Source: an uncultured Candidatus Saccharibacteria bacterium
GTDB taxonomy: Bacteria; Patescibacteriota; Minisyncoccia; Phycocordibacterales; UBA9973
Reading direction: 5' to 3'
Length of the DNA: 64,000 bases
Assembly: GCA_964450735.1 (NCBI GenBank)
Contig: CAYVDC010000007.1
Location: 1,374-65,373, forward strand
Numbering within the stretch: the first letter of the stretch is position 1; each line of letters starts with the position of its first letter. Under the pieces are notes generated by a model. That model made no database searches, was not told the DNA's origin, and saw only the letters and a list, made by a program, of their open reading frames with translations. Made by a program: the position numbers and the translations under genes. Of this stretch, positions 8,767-17,852 are shown piece after piece.

Positions 8767-11073
8767 ATGAAAGAACAAATATACAACTTCATACAGAGCT
8801 ATAAAAAACAGCTCCTAATTGGAGTTAGCGTATTTGTTGTTCTTGCTCTAGCACTGACAGTATTCCTTGTCGTCAGACACAATTCACGAGATGTTGAAAC
8901 TGCAGGCGCTTCATACCAAGTAGATACTTCAAGCCCGCTCTCAATGCCCGTGCCCGATGTGCCGACGAATATTTCATTTGAAAATATTCCCGATGAATCA
9001 TTCCTGCCCCCTCAGACAGGCAAATTGATCCGCGCAAACATTGTGACCATGCAGCTTGTCAGATACGAGAACGGCCAGATTGTCGGAACTCCAATGAAAA
9101 TCCTCGCCAAAGGTAAGACTGGTTCATTCTGGGAAACACCTGGCGGAAGCTACCCTATTATAGACTCCGAAGAAGACTACTATTCAGAAAAAGCTGGAGC
9201 GTTTTTCCCATACACCATGCACCTCTTTGGAAACTACATGATACACGGAGAGCCGCATGACAAAAACAACATCACCCTTTCCAAAAACCAAAATGGCGGC
9301 ATCAGGCTTTCAAACGACGATGCCAAAACATTGTACGTATGGTCCGATAGCGACACTCGAGTTTCGGTTTACAGCGATAGCAAGATCAAGCCGCAAGCAA
9401 TTTCATCGGAGTCTGTCTATGTAACTGCAACTGGATCCGTCCTGCCAAAAGTATCAGCCGAGAGCTATATCGTTGCCGACCTCGATACTGGCGAGGTAAT
9501 TCTTGAAAACAACATGGATGTTGTTCATCCAATTGCTTCAGTTTCAAAACTCATGACTGCCCTCATTTCTCTCGACACAATGAATCAGTTCGAGTTTGCA
9601 ACTGTTTCCAAAAAAGCGACGCAAGTATACAGCGTCAACAAATTTACCCCTGGTGAGCAGATCGCTCTATCCAATCTGATCTATCCGCTTCTTCTGCCTT
9701 CAAGCAATGTTGCGGCAGAAATCATCGCCGAACATCCAGGCCGAGAAAAATTCATGACTGAAATGAATGAAAAGGCTGCGGCGCTTGGAATGAAGAATAC
9801 TCACTATGATGATCCATCAGGACTTTCAGCGAACAACACTTCTACTGCCTACGATCTCTTTTTGCTCACCCAAAACCTCTTCAAAGAAAAATCATTCGTT
9901 TTTAATATCACTCTTGTTCCCTCGTATAACGCCCAAGGACACTACTGGAAAAATATCAGCCAATTCCTCAAGGTTCCTGGCTACCTCGGCGGCAAAAGCG
10001 GACAAACAGGAGAAGCAAAGCAGTCAAACGTTGCGCTCTTCAAACTACCGCTCTCAGAGTCCGATAATCGAAACATCGCTATCATAGTATTGCGTTCAAA
10101 TGACCGATATACAGATACGATGAAAATCTTTAACTTTGTTAAAAGCCGTGTTGTTTATGGCAGCAACAAGAACATTGTCATTACCGACAACAATGACCTC
10201 TCGAGCAATATCACGCTCGCTTTTGCTGGCGATATCATGCTTGATCGCGGCGTTAAATTTTCCGTACGCAAAAACTTTGCCGGAGATTACTCAGAACTTT
10301 TCAAAAATCTCGATATCATGCAAAAAAGCGATATAGCTTTTGCAAACTTAGAAGGACCGGTTTCCGACAAAGGCACCGACCTGCACAATTTGTACTCATT
10401 CCGCATGGACCCTCCTGTCCTTGATATTATCAAAAACGCTGGCTTTGACGTGCTGTCATTTGCAAACAATCACGTTGGAGACTGGGGTAATGAAGCATTC
10501 AATGATAGCTTGGACCGCATGAATACTGCGGGGATTACATATGTTGGCGCCGGCAAAACACGGAAGGAAGCAATCCAGCCGGTAATTCAAACTATCAAGG
10601 GAATGAAGATCGGCTTCATTGGTTTTACCGATGTTGGACCTGATAAGCTTGCCGTAACAGACAATACTCCCGGCGTCTTGCTCGCAAGCGATCCAGATTT
10701 TGAAAGCATTATTTCAAACGCAAAACAGCAAGTCGACTCGCTCGTGGTTACGTTTCATTGGGGTATTGAATACCAACAGAGCTCTTCCACTCGCCAGCAA
10801 GAACTTGCTCACAGAGCTATTGATGCTGGCGCGAACCTTATCATCGGAACCCATCCTCATGTAACGCAAGAAATCGAAACATACCGGGGAGGATTAATAG
10901 CCTACTCGCTCGGCAATCTCATCTTTGATCAAAACTTTTCCGAAGCAACCATGCGTGGCACGATCCTCCAAGTTACCCTCGACGCAAGAACAAAATCATT
11001 CAAGCGCTACGACAAATATATCGTCAGATTTACGCCTCAATTTCAACCACTTGTTCCAGAACTCTCACAATAA
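8767..11073 (+). CDS. tri-domain membrane-anchored cell-wall protein: L,D-transpeptidase-like (YkuD fold, Cys to Gly) + serine D-Ala-D-Ala carboxypeptidase (peptidase S11/PBP5-like) + CapA/PGA_cap metallophosphatase-like domain
   Basis: N-terminal TM helix. The YkuD-like block is TPGGSYPI...MIHGEP...SKNQNGGIRLSNDDAKTLY, which lacks the HGC-IRL cysteine. The S11 domain has SxxK (ASVSKLM), SxN (PSSNVAA) and KSG (GGKSGQTG). The C-terminal block FAGDIMLDRG...SFANNHVGDWG...IIGTHPHVTQ is typical of CapA-type metallophosphoesterases. Confidence 0.8.
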   Translation: MKEQIYNFIQSYKKQLLIGVSVFVVLALALTVFLVVRHNSRDVETAGASYQVDTSSPLSMPVPDVPTNISFENIPDESFLPPQTGKLIRANIVTMQLVRYENGQIVGTPMKILAKGKTGSFWETPGGSYPIIDSEEDYYSEKAGAFFPYTMHLFGNYMIHGEPHDKNNITLSKNQNGGIRLSNDDAKTLYVWSDSDTRVSVYSDSKIKPQAISSESVYVTATGSVLPKVSAESYIVADLDTGEVILENNMDVVHPIASVSKLMTALISLDTMNQFEFATVSKKATQVYSVNKFTPGEQIALSNLIYPLLLPSSNVAAEIIAEHPGREKFMTEMNEKAAALGMKNTHYDDPSGLSANNTSTAYDLFLLTQNLFKEKSFVFNITLVPSYNAQGHYWKNISQFLKVPGYLGGKSGQTGEAKQSNVALFKLPLSESDNRNIAIIVLRSNDRYTDTMKIFNFVKSRVVYGSNKNIVITDNNDLSSNITLAFAGDIMLDRGVKFSVRKNFAGDYSELFKNLDIMQKSDIAFANLEGPVSDKGTDLHNLYSFRMDPPVLDIIKNAGFDVLSFANNHVGDWGNEAFNDSLDRMNTAGITYVGAGKTRKEAIQPVIQTIKGMKIGFIGFTDVGPDKLAVTDNTPGVLLASDPDFESIISNAKQQVDSLVVTFHWGIEYQQSSSTRQQELAHRAIDAGANLIIGTHPHVTQEIETYRGGLIAYSLGNLIFDQNFSEATMRGTILQVTLDARTKSFKRYDKYIVRFTPQFQPLVPELSQ

Positions 11074-11076
11074 AAA

Positions 11077-11102
11077 ACAGCCCTCGAATATTCGAGAGCT
11101 GT
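11077..11102. terminator. bidirectional terminator between convergent genes
   Basis: Perfect palindrome CTCGAATATTCGAG extended by ACAGC/GCTGT, flanked by A/T runs. Confidence 0.5.
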
Positions 11103-11123
11103 GTATAAAATCTAAATCAATGC

Positions 11124-12362
11124 TTAGCAAATGTGCCAGTAACCCAACAAGTAGGTTATCAAAGCAGCAACTGCCGTAGGAAATGTCAGAACGAACCATA
11201 ATGCGGCAACTTTGCATGTCCATGGCTTGGTTGCCCAGTACGCTCTTTGTTTCAAAAACCATCCAATGGCAGGGCCAGAATTTCTTGAAACGAAATTCAT
11301 AAACCAGCGTATAAGTAGGTAGAACCCAATAGCGCCAAAGAAGGCGAAAAAGTAATTCCAGAAATAGATTATCAGTGCAACAATGCCTAAGCACACAATG
11401 ATCAAACCTATCAACAACCAGTTCATCCATTCAGTGCCTTTTTCAGGAGCACGCCTGGTGTACACAAACTGTGGAGTTTCTTCTATTGCATATTCTTTTA
11501 CAACTATCGCTGAAGGTTTTTTGTATAAACTATACAGGAACCATCCTAGGGCGATCAGGCCAAGTAAGGATAATAACTCTATCGGAAACGCAACGGGTGC
11601 GGTTGCCGGAATTACAGTAACTTGTCTCAGTCTTGCATGCCCATCTATGATTACATAGCGCATGTCTGGCAAGGATGCTACAACATACAATGAATCTGTT
11701 TCATCGGTTTCCGAGAATTGCTCCTCGTTCCAGGTGATTCCAGTCACCGTTACGCTATCGTAACCTTTTGCATGCAGGTTCTCTACAATCAACGGCGTAG
11801 TACGTTCTACACGTGCTTGTGCAACTTGCGCATTCTCTGGCTCTAAAACGCCAGGTTGAATACTTGCCATGAAGCCGTTCTTGATCGCTTCAGGCGATGC
11901 AGTACCGTGTGCTGAAAAGTAAATTTCCGGCGTAGTTATAGAAAAGTTTTTAATTCCCTGAGCCTTGCGTACGGCTACTGCTTGTTTGTCATAATCCAAC
12001 AACAAGTCGAATTTGAACTTTTCTATCGAATCTGCCAGCAAGTTCGCCAATGTAGCAGCAACCTGTGCTTCTACATTATCGCTCGGAGCGACAATTTCGA
12101 ATTTCGGAGCTACCGGATATGGCACCTTAAAGCTGAAGGTAACGACCGTGTCGGTGTACTTTTGGCTTTCAACTTGTACTGGGGAAAGAATTCCCAGCCA
12201 GTTGAATGTGCGCTTACCATTCTCCATTTTATAGAAGCGGTGGTATGCGGTAACATTATTACCTTTTTTGTATTGGGTAATAGCGAAAACTACTAAAAAC
12301 AGGGCGCTTACGGTTAATAGAATTGCTGAGATTACAACGGAGGTACGGAATACTTTTTTCAT
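11124..12362 (-). CDS. hypothetical membrane protein (signal anchor, large extracytoplasmic domain, C-terminal multi-TM bundle)
   Basis: ORF with N-terminal hydrophobic segment and four or more C-terminal TM helices. Confidence 0.5.
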   Translation of the reverse strand: MKKVFRTSVVISAILLTVSALFLVVFAITQYKKGNNVTAYHRFYKMENGKRTFNWLGILSPVQVESQKYTDTVVTFSFKVPYPVAPKFEIVAPSDNVEAQVAATLANLLADSIEKFKFDLLLDYDKQAVAVRKAQGIKNFSITTPEIYFSAHGTASPEAIKNGFMASIQPGVLEPENAQVAQARVERTTPLIVENLHAKGYDSVTVTGITWNEEQFSETDETDSLYVVASLPDMRYVIIDGHARLRQVTVIPATAPVAFPIELLSLLGLIALGWFLYSLYKKPSAIVVKEYAIEETPQFVYTRRAPEKGTEWMNWLLIGLIIVCLGIVALIIYFWNYFFAFFGAIGFYLLIRWFMNFVSRNSGPAIGWFLKQRAYWATKPWTCKVAALWFVLTFPTAVAALITYLLGYWHIC

Positions 12363-12464
12363 ACGTGGTTTTGTTTTTATTTAGGTGAACCAAAGCGAAA
12401 CCCGCGATTTTCTCGCGACCTTTGCTTTGGTTACACCCTTATTTCTCAAGGTATATATTGAGTA

Positions 12465-12494
12465 TATTATAGCACATTACTTGACATATTGTCA
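12465..12494 (-). promoter_or_regulatory. candidate sigma70-type promoter (TTGACA-N18-TATAAT on the minus strand) for the 11124..12362 gene, with a hairpin in the 5' leader
   Basis: Revcomp of tgtcaa (12489-12494) gives TTGACA and revcomp of attata (12465-12470) gives TATAAT. Downstream leader has hairpin AACCAAAGC...GCTTTGGTT. Confidence 0.35.
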
Positions 12495-12506
12495 ATATAT
12501 TGTAAA

Positions 12507-12534
12507 AGCCCTATTTCCAGGGCTTTTTTCTATA
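12507..12534. terminator. terminator hairpin downstream of smc-like gene
   Basis: AAAAGCCCT-atttcc-AGGGCTTTTTT. Confidence 0.5.
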
Positions 12535-12544
12535 CTGCACAAGG

Positions 12545-14827
12545 TTATTTAGCTATTTTTACTGCCTCATCAAACTTGATTGAAAGGAGCTTGGATCCCC
12601 CGTCGGCACCAATGGTCACACCATAGAGGACGCGTGCTCGGGACATTGTTTCGCGATTGTGCGTGACGACGATAAGCTGAGAATACTTTGAGAGGCTTTC
12701 GATCATGTCGCCATAGCGTCGTGAGTTTGCCTCATCAAGAGCTGCGTCAGTTTCATCGAGCACCAAGAATGGCGGCGGATTGACCTGTGACATAGCAAAG
12801 AGAAGCGCGATAGAAGTAAGCGATCGTTCTCCTCCTGAGAGCATGTGGAGGTCTTTGACTTTTTTGTGCGGGAGCGAAACGTTGATCTCAATGCCGCGTT
12901 CGAATTCAAAGTCAGCGTCATTTGCAACAGGGATCTCATCCGCTTCTTCGTCTTCGCCTTTTGATGGACGCTTGTGCTCAACGACGATTGAAAGGAATGC
13001 ATGTCCGCCGCCGAACATGAGTGAGAAGAAGTTAGTGAATTCTTTGTTGATCTTTTCCACACCGGTTTTGAATTCAGTGTCGATCTTTTGTTTGAGATCG
13101 CTAATGAGTGCGCGGAGTTCGGTTACCGCCTGATCGATATCTTGAAGTTCACGAGCCAAGAACTCGTCTCGAGAAACTGTTTCTTCGAATTCTTTGACGA
13201 CTTCGGTTCCACCTTGAGCGCCAGCGTCTTCGAGCTTGTATTTGATTCGGTCAATTTTCTTTTTGAGCTCTTCCTGCTGATGCTTGTCGGCGATTTCTTC
13301 GCTTGGCTGGAATCGCACAGCTTCAAGGCCCACGAGGATGCTTGCCTGCTTGAGTTCGTCCTCAAACTCAGCTTCGATGCGCGCGAGGTTTTCCCGTTCA
13401 AGAGCAATGAGACGTAATTCGGATTCGAGTTCCTGCTTCTTTGCTTTGAGTTCGTAGTATGCTCGTTCCTGATCACGAATGACGCTTTCATCTGATTTCT
13501 TTTCTGATTGGAGTTTGGCGATCTCAGCCTGCACTGCCATTTTGGCTGTATCAAGTTCAGCGATCTCATTTTCAACAGACTGAATGCCGTCGCGAAGTGT
13601 CTTGATCTGCGCCTCTACATGAGAGCGGTCTACAATGGGACTCTGATTTTTGTCCGTCTTTCGGTAATAAATAAACTGTTCGAATGTCTCGCGCACGCGA
13701 GCAACAGTCTCACGGATCTCACCGATATCCTGAAGTGAAAGAATTGTTGCCAAATCTCGGTCAAGTTCGCTAAACAATCCTTCAACTTCCTGAAGAGAAA
13801 CAGCAATGTCTTCTGGAGATCGTTCCTTTTCTGGAGCGCGGAGCTGCTCCTCGAGGAGTGCGATTGAGCCTTCTACGCGTCCGAGTTTGCGAGTAAGTTC
13901 AGCTTGGGATGTGAGGTGCTTGCTGTATTCAGTCTGAAGTCGCGCAGCCTCTGCGCTTGTTCCAGTATCAACGGTTGCTGTCTGGTTCTGAGATGATTCA
14001 TGGGTGCGAATATTCGCCTCTGCCTCGGAAATTTTCTCTCGGAGCGCATTTGTTTTTTCTTCTTGGGCAGCTTTTTCTTTTGCAATAAATGCTGATTGTT
14101 TGCTGAAATATTCTTTGTACAATCCCCCAACTTCGGTGCGGAGTTCCTGCGCCTTTTCGATTTTCTCTACCTGCTTTTTCAAGAATCCAATGTGCGGAGC
14201 GATCTCTCGGCGGAGCGACTGCACTTCTTTCATGTTCGCAAGCGTCTTGTCTAGTTTGCGCTCGCTTTCGCGGAGGCGGTACTGGTATACACGAAGACCA
14301 AGCGCATCCTCGATCATGCCGCGGCGGTCTTTTGGATTTGCTGAGAGCAATCGGTCTGCTTCACCTTGGGAAATAATATGGTGGCCAGATGAGCCGATAT
14401 TTACAGAAGCAACGAGCTCAAGAATATCTTTGAGGCGAACTTCAGTGCCGTTTAGTTTGTAGGTATTTGATCCATCGCTGTATACCTCGCGAGAAATAGA
14501 GATCTCATCGAAGTCGAGATTGATTGCTTTGTCCCCCGTCTTTGGAAGTGAGAATACTTTGCGTGAGTTGTCGAAAACGATCGTGACTGATGCGCGAGAA
14601 AGAGACGCCAATGCTTTGGAGCCTTTGAAGATCATGTCTGCTCCGCCTTTGCCGCGGAGAGATTTGATGGATTGTTCTCCGAGCACGAAACGAATTGATT
14701 CAACGACGTTTGATTTTCCTGATCCATTTGGGCCGACGATAGCCGTTACCGGCGTATCGAAATCAAGCATCGTTTTTTTGGCGAAGGATTTGAATCCGGA
14801 GAGTTCGAGGCGTTTCAACATCAGCAT
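12545..14827 (-). CDS. smc: SMC-like chromosome segregation ATPase (short, 760 aa)
   Basis: N-terminal Walker A (GPNGSGKSN), long coiled-coil middle, C-terminal signature LSGGERSLTSIALLFA plus Walker B LVLDETDAALD. At 760 aa it is shorter than canonical SMC, so RecN/SbcC-like cannot be fully excluded. Confidence 0.7.
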   Translation of the reverse strand: MLMLKRLELSGFKSFAKKTMLDFDTPVTAIVGPNGSGKSNVVESIRFVLGEQSIKSLRGKGGADMIFKGSKALASLSRASVTIVFDNSRKVFSLPKTGDKAINLDFDEISISREVYSDGSNTYKLNGTEVRLKDILELVASVNIGSSGHHIISQGEADRLLSANPKDRRGMIEDALGLRVYQYRLRESERKLDKTLANMKEVQSLRREIAPHIGFLKKQVEKIEKAQELRTEVGGLYKEYFSKQSAFIAKEKAAQEEKTNALREKISEAEANIRTHESSQNQTATVDTGTSAEAARLQTEYSKHLTSQAELTRKLGRVEGSIALLEEQLRAPEKERSPEDIAVSLQEVEGLFSELDRDLATILSLQDIGEIRETVARVRETFEQFIYYRKTDKNQSPIVDRSHVEAQIKTLRDGIQSVENEIAELDTAKMAVQAEIAKLQSEKKSDESVIRDQERAYYELKAKKQELESELRLIALERENLARIEAEFEDELKQASILVGLEAVRFQPSEEIADKHQQEELKKKIDRIKYKLEDAGAQGGTEVVKEFEETVSRDEFLARELQDIDQAVTELRALISDLKQKIDTEFKTGVEKINKEFTNFFSLMFGGGHAFLSIVVEHKRPSKGEDEEADEIPVANDADFEFERGIEINVSLPHKKVKDLHMLSGGERSLTSIALLFAMSQVNPPPFLVLDETDAALDEANSRRYGDMIESLSKYSQLIVVTHNRETMSRARVLYGVTIGADGGSKLLSIKFDEAVKIAK

Positions 14828-14880
14828 ATGATGGGTTTATTTTAGCATTTTATTGAGTATTAAAACAACTGGATTATTGT

Positions 14881-15112
14881 TCCGGGAGAGCGCTTACGGT
14901 GCACTTTTGATCGGACACCTTTGTGCTCCGCTCAAAAGTGCACCGACGCGCTATGAACATCTTTCATCCATCTGTATTCCAATCACCACTCTTTACCGTA
15001 AAGGTGGTGATTGGAAGTGAGTATGGTGATGAGATGCACAGGGCGCGAAGCAGTAGTTCTCCTGACGCAGCGTAAGCAAGTCAGGAAACTACTGCTGGTG
15101 CGCTCTCCGGGG
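14881..15112. repeat. structured intergenic element: three strong hairpins bounded by an imperfect terminal inverted repeat (candidate ncRNA or MITE/REP-like element)
   Basis: Terminal inverted repeat is CCGGGAGAGCGC (14882-14893) against GCGCTCTCCGG (15100-15110). Internal hairpins are GGTGCACTTTTGA...TCAAAAGTGCACC (13 bp), CCAATCACCAC(T)CTTTAC-cg-GTAAAGGTGGTGATTGG (~17 bp) and CAGTAGTT-CCTGAC...GTCAGG-AACTACTG. Confidence 0.5.
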
Positions 15113-15115
15113 ACT

Positions 15116-15811
15116 TTAGTCCAACCAGTTTTTGACTACCAATGCAGCCTCAGCTGCTTTGGTTTCTGCTTCTTGTTTTGACTTGCCTTTTCCAGACGCC
15201 ACTAGTTCATCGCCAAAATAAATACCAATAGTGAAATGTTTGTCGTGGTCAGGACCGCTCTCTGCCGTAACTTTGTACGCAGGTGTAACATGAACGAATT
15301 CCTGGGCTTTTTCCTGGATCAAGCTTTTCGGATCGCGCCATAATTTCTTTTTGACGATCTCGTCGAGTTTTGGGAACAAAGCGTTTTTTATGAATGTCTC
15401 GCAAGCATCATATCCCTGGTCAAGAAAAAGCGCGCCAGTAAATGACTCGAACGTGTTTGCAAGAATGTGCATGCGCGCCTTGCCGACGTCGCGGCTCTCG
15501 CCTTTTGAAAGGAGCAAGTACTCATTCATACCAAGGTTAGCTGCAGTCTCAGAAAGAACAACTGCATTTACGAGCGCAGAACGGTATGCAGTAAGCTCGC
15601 CTTCTGGAGCTGACTTATATGTTTTATAGAGATGATCTGTGACCACCAATTCCAAAACTGCATCGCCCAAAAATTCCAAACGCTCATTGTGAGAGAAATT
15701 GCTGCCTGGATTTTCGTTGATGAACGAACGGTGAATAAATGCCTGACGAAGAAGTTCCTTGTTTTTGAACGATACTGCTACTTTTTTTTCAAAGTCTGTG
15801 AAATCAATCAT
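15116..15811 (-). CDS. rnc: ribonuclease III
   Basis: RNase III signature ERLEFLGDAVLELVVTDHLY; C-terminal dsRBD (GKGKSKQEAETKAAEAAL). Confidence 0.9.
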   Translation of the reverse strand: MIDFTDFEKKVAVSFKNKELLRQAFIHRSFINENPGSNFSHNERLEFLGDAVLELVVTDHLYKTYKSAPEGELTAYRSALVNAVVLSETAANLGMNEYLLLSKGESRDVGKARMHILANTFESFTGALFLDQGYDACETFIKNALFPKLDEIVKKKLWRDPKSLIQEKAQEFVHVTPAYKVTAESGPDHDKHFTIGIYFGDELVASGKGKSKQEAETKAAEAALVVKNWLD

Positions 15812-15897
15812 GAATTGAAAGGATAAAGAAGTAAGACTATATGAGATACTCTTGCTTCTTCATCCCTGATTAGGGATTACTAAATAGTATTGAACGC

Positions 15898-16803
15898 TTA
15901 GCGCTTTCCAGTGATGATTGGAATAGCCTTGGCGATCAATGCCGTCACACTATCATACATGCGGAGGCTTGTCACCTCTTTCAAAGTGAACCATTTGCAG
16001 TCGTCCAAACCGCCTGAAGTTGATTCAAGTTTGACTGGAGTGTATGCAGATTCGCCCAAATAAAAGACCACTTGCTTTCGGATTTTGCCTTTTTGCGGAT
16101 GTGAGGCAACGTACTCATCATCACCAAGCTTTTCGATGATGCGCATATCGAGACTCATTTCTTTTTTGATTTCTCGGATAGCGGCCTGCTCTGAAGTCTC
16201 GCCTTCTTGAGCGCCTCCTTTTGAAAGTGTCCAATATCCGAAGACATCGTGCACGAGCGCAAGATAAATTTCACCATTGTCGATTGCGTATACGACAGCT
16301 CCAGCCTTCACTTCAATTGGAAGTTTTGAAATATCTACCGGCTCATCTTTCATCTGTCGCTTTGATTTCTGATCTTTGCCTGGCTCACCGAGTTCTTTGT
16401 AGACAGCTCCCAATACTCCGTTGATGAATCGTGACGAAGAGTCTGAACCGAATGTCTTTGCAAGTTCAATCGCTTCGTTGATAGAAACTTTTGGAGGAAC
16501 TTCATTGTGGTCGCCAAAAAGAAGCTCAGCAAGTCCCATGCGGAGAATGTTTCGGTCTACAGCATTGATCTTGTCGATCGGCCACTCTGGCGCAGCTTTG
16601 GCGATAATCTCATCAACAAGGTCCTTTTTGCGAACAACGTTCATAGCAAGCGTTTGCATGAACGGCAAGTCTTCGAGGCCTGGTGCGAACTCCTCAGAGT
16701 TGCGCTTCAAAATCTCCTCAATATCTGAGTCTGGCTTACCTTTAAAATCCCACTCGAAGAGGGTTTGGAGAATAACTGAACGTGATAGATGACGATTTGC
16801 CAT
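15898..16803 (-). CDS. nusB: NusB-like antitermination domain fused to a C-terminal NUDIX-like hydrolase domain
   Basis: The N-terminal ~140 aa are NusB-like (ANRHLSRSVILQTLFEWDF...RFINGVLGAVYKEL). The C-terminal ~140 aa carry a degenerate Nudix box (GGAQEGETSEQAAIREIKKEMSL) in a single continuous ORF. Confidence 0.7.
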   Translation of the reverse strand: MANRHLSRSVILQTLFEWDFKGKPDSDIEEILKRNSEEFAPGLEDLPFMQTLAMNVVRKKDLVDEIIAKAAPEWPIDKINAVDRNILRMGLAELLFGDHNEVPPKVSINEAIELAKTFGSDSSSRFINGVLGAVYKELGEPGKDQKSKRQMKDEPVDISKLPIEVKAGAVVYAIDNGEIYLALVHDVFGYWTLSKGGAQEGETSEQAAIREIKKEMSLDMRIIEKLGDDEYVASHPQKGKIRKQVVFYLGESAYTPVKLESTSGGLDDCKWFTLKEVTSLRMYDSVTALIAKAIPIITGKR

Positions 16804-16899
16804 AAAAGAACAATAAAGAACTAAGTATTAGTAAAAGAACAATTAAGCGGTTGATAACGCAACGTTATTAAAAACGAAAAAAGCAAAAGCTTCGATAGA

Positions 16900-17112
16900 C
16901 TATCGAGCTTTTGCTTTTGCCTGCTTTTTCTCAACTTTCGCAACTACATCGATGACTTTCTTGCCACGGTACATGCCAGTTGCCATGTCGACGCGGTGTC
17001 GAAGGTGTGTCGATCCAGTCTTGGAGTCAACAGAAAGAGCTGCGCCCTTTACTTTGTGGTGCGAGCGGCGGTTAGCCGTGTGCGCACGTGTGTGTCTCAT
17101 TCGTACTACCAT
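16900..17112 (-). CDS. rpmF: 50S ribosomal protein L32
   Basis: [40 protein letters not shown] closely matches the L32 consensus (RRSH...VDKTSGE.HLRHH....GYYRGRKVI). Confidence 0.75.
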   Translation of the reverse strand: MVVRMRHTRAHTANRRSHHKVKGAALSVDSKTGSTHLRHRVDMATGMYRGKKVIDVVAKVEKKQAKAKAR

Positions 17113-17202
17113 ATAGAGCCATCATACCAGGAATAATAAAAAAAGCAAGTAAAAATGCCGCCTAGGTAAACCTGGCGGCACTGAAGGTAAAAACTTAATA
17201 AG

Positions 17203-17769
17203 CTACAACACTAACCCATCTCTATGCTCGTCATTTAACGGCGTTTTGTTTTTTGAACCAATCAAATGGGTATTGATCGTTGCCAAAACCTCCTCTACCT
17301 TTTTAAAGTGATAAAGAGGTGCTGAACCATTGCTGTAAAAAAGCAAAGCGTATATAGATGAATCGAACTGAAATAAATCATGTGTATTTAACACAGGCAT
17401 AGCAGTTTGAACAAGTAAATCATGCTTTACTAATTTTAGCAGGTCTGGTATCTGTAGCGGAAACAAATCGCTATTTTGTATGGTTGTATCAATAGATACA
17501 AATCTTTCTGCCGCTGAACCTTCAGTCTTTGTTAGGTTGGTTGGGTTCAATAACGTAACGTGAGAAACAAAAGCAGAATCTTTGTAGGCTGCAATCTTTT
17601 CAATTATTTGTTTCTTGTTTGCTAAAAAGATTGATTGGTCTGATTGCTCAAACGGTTTCATTGCCTCAAATTCTTTTTTGTGTTTTTCTAATTCCCACTC
17701 GAACACTAAGTGTTTGGGAATGTTCAAAATACCTGTCTGGGTGGTAGGTCGCGTAGTAATGTACGTCAT
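17203..17769 (-). CDS. hypothetical protein, possibly YceD/DUF177-like (positional inference upstream of rpmF)
   Basis: Only synteny (yceD-rpmF) supports this; no motif recognised. Confidence 0.3.
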   Translation of the reverse strand: MTYITTRPTTQTGILNIPKHLVFEWELEKHKKEFEAMKPFEQSDQSIFLANKKQIIEKIAAYKDSAFVSHVTLLNPTNLTKTEGSAAERFVSIDTTIQNSDLFPLQIPDLLKLVKHDLLVQTAMPVLNTHDLFQFDSSIYALLFYSNGSAPLYHFKKVEEVLATINTHLIGSKNKTPLNDEHRDGLVL

Positions 17770-17852
17770 AAAATACTGTGTTTAAAAAGTGAAAAAAAAT
17801 ATTGTTCTGTAAAAAAACCTATCTATAGAACTTACCACACAATGTTCAATAG

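Noticed and set aside
12545-14827. Interpreting the 760-aa SMC-like ORF as a pseudogene or fragment because it is ~400 aa shorter than canonical SMC
   Set aside because: The reading frame is continuous, with intact Walker A/B and signature motifs at the two ends and a coiled-coil middle. The short length fits the general protein shortening in this genome rather than decay.
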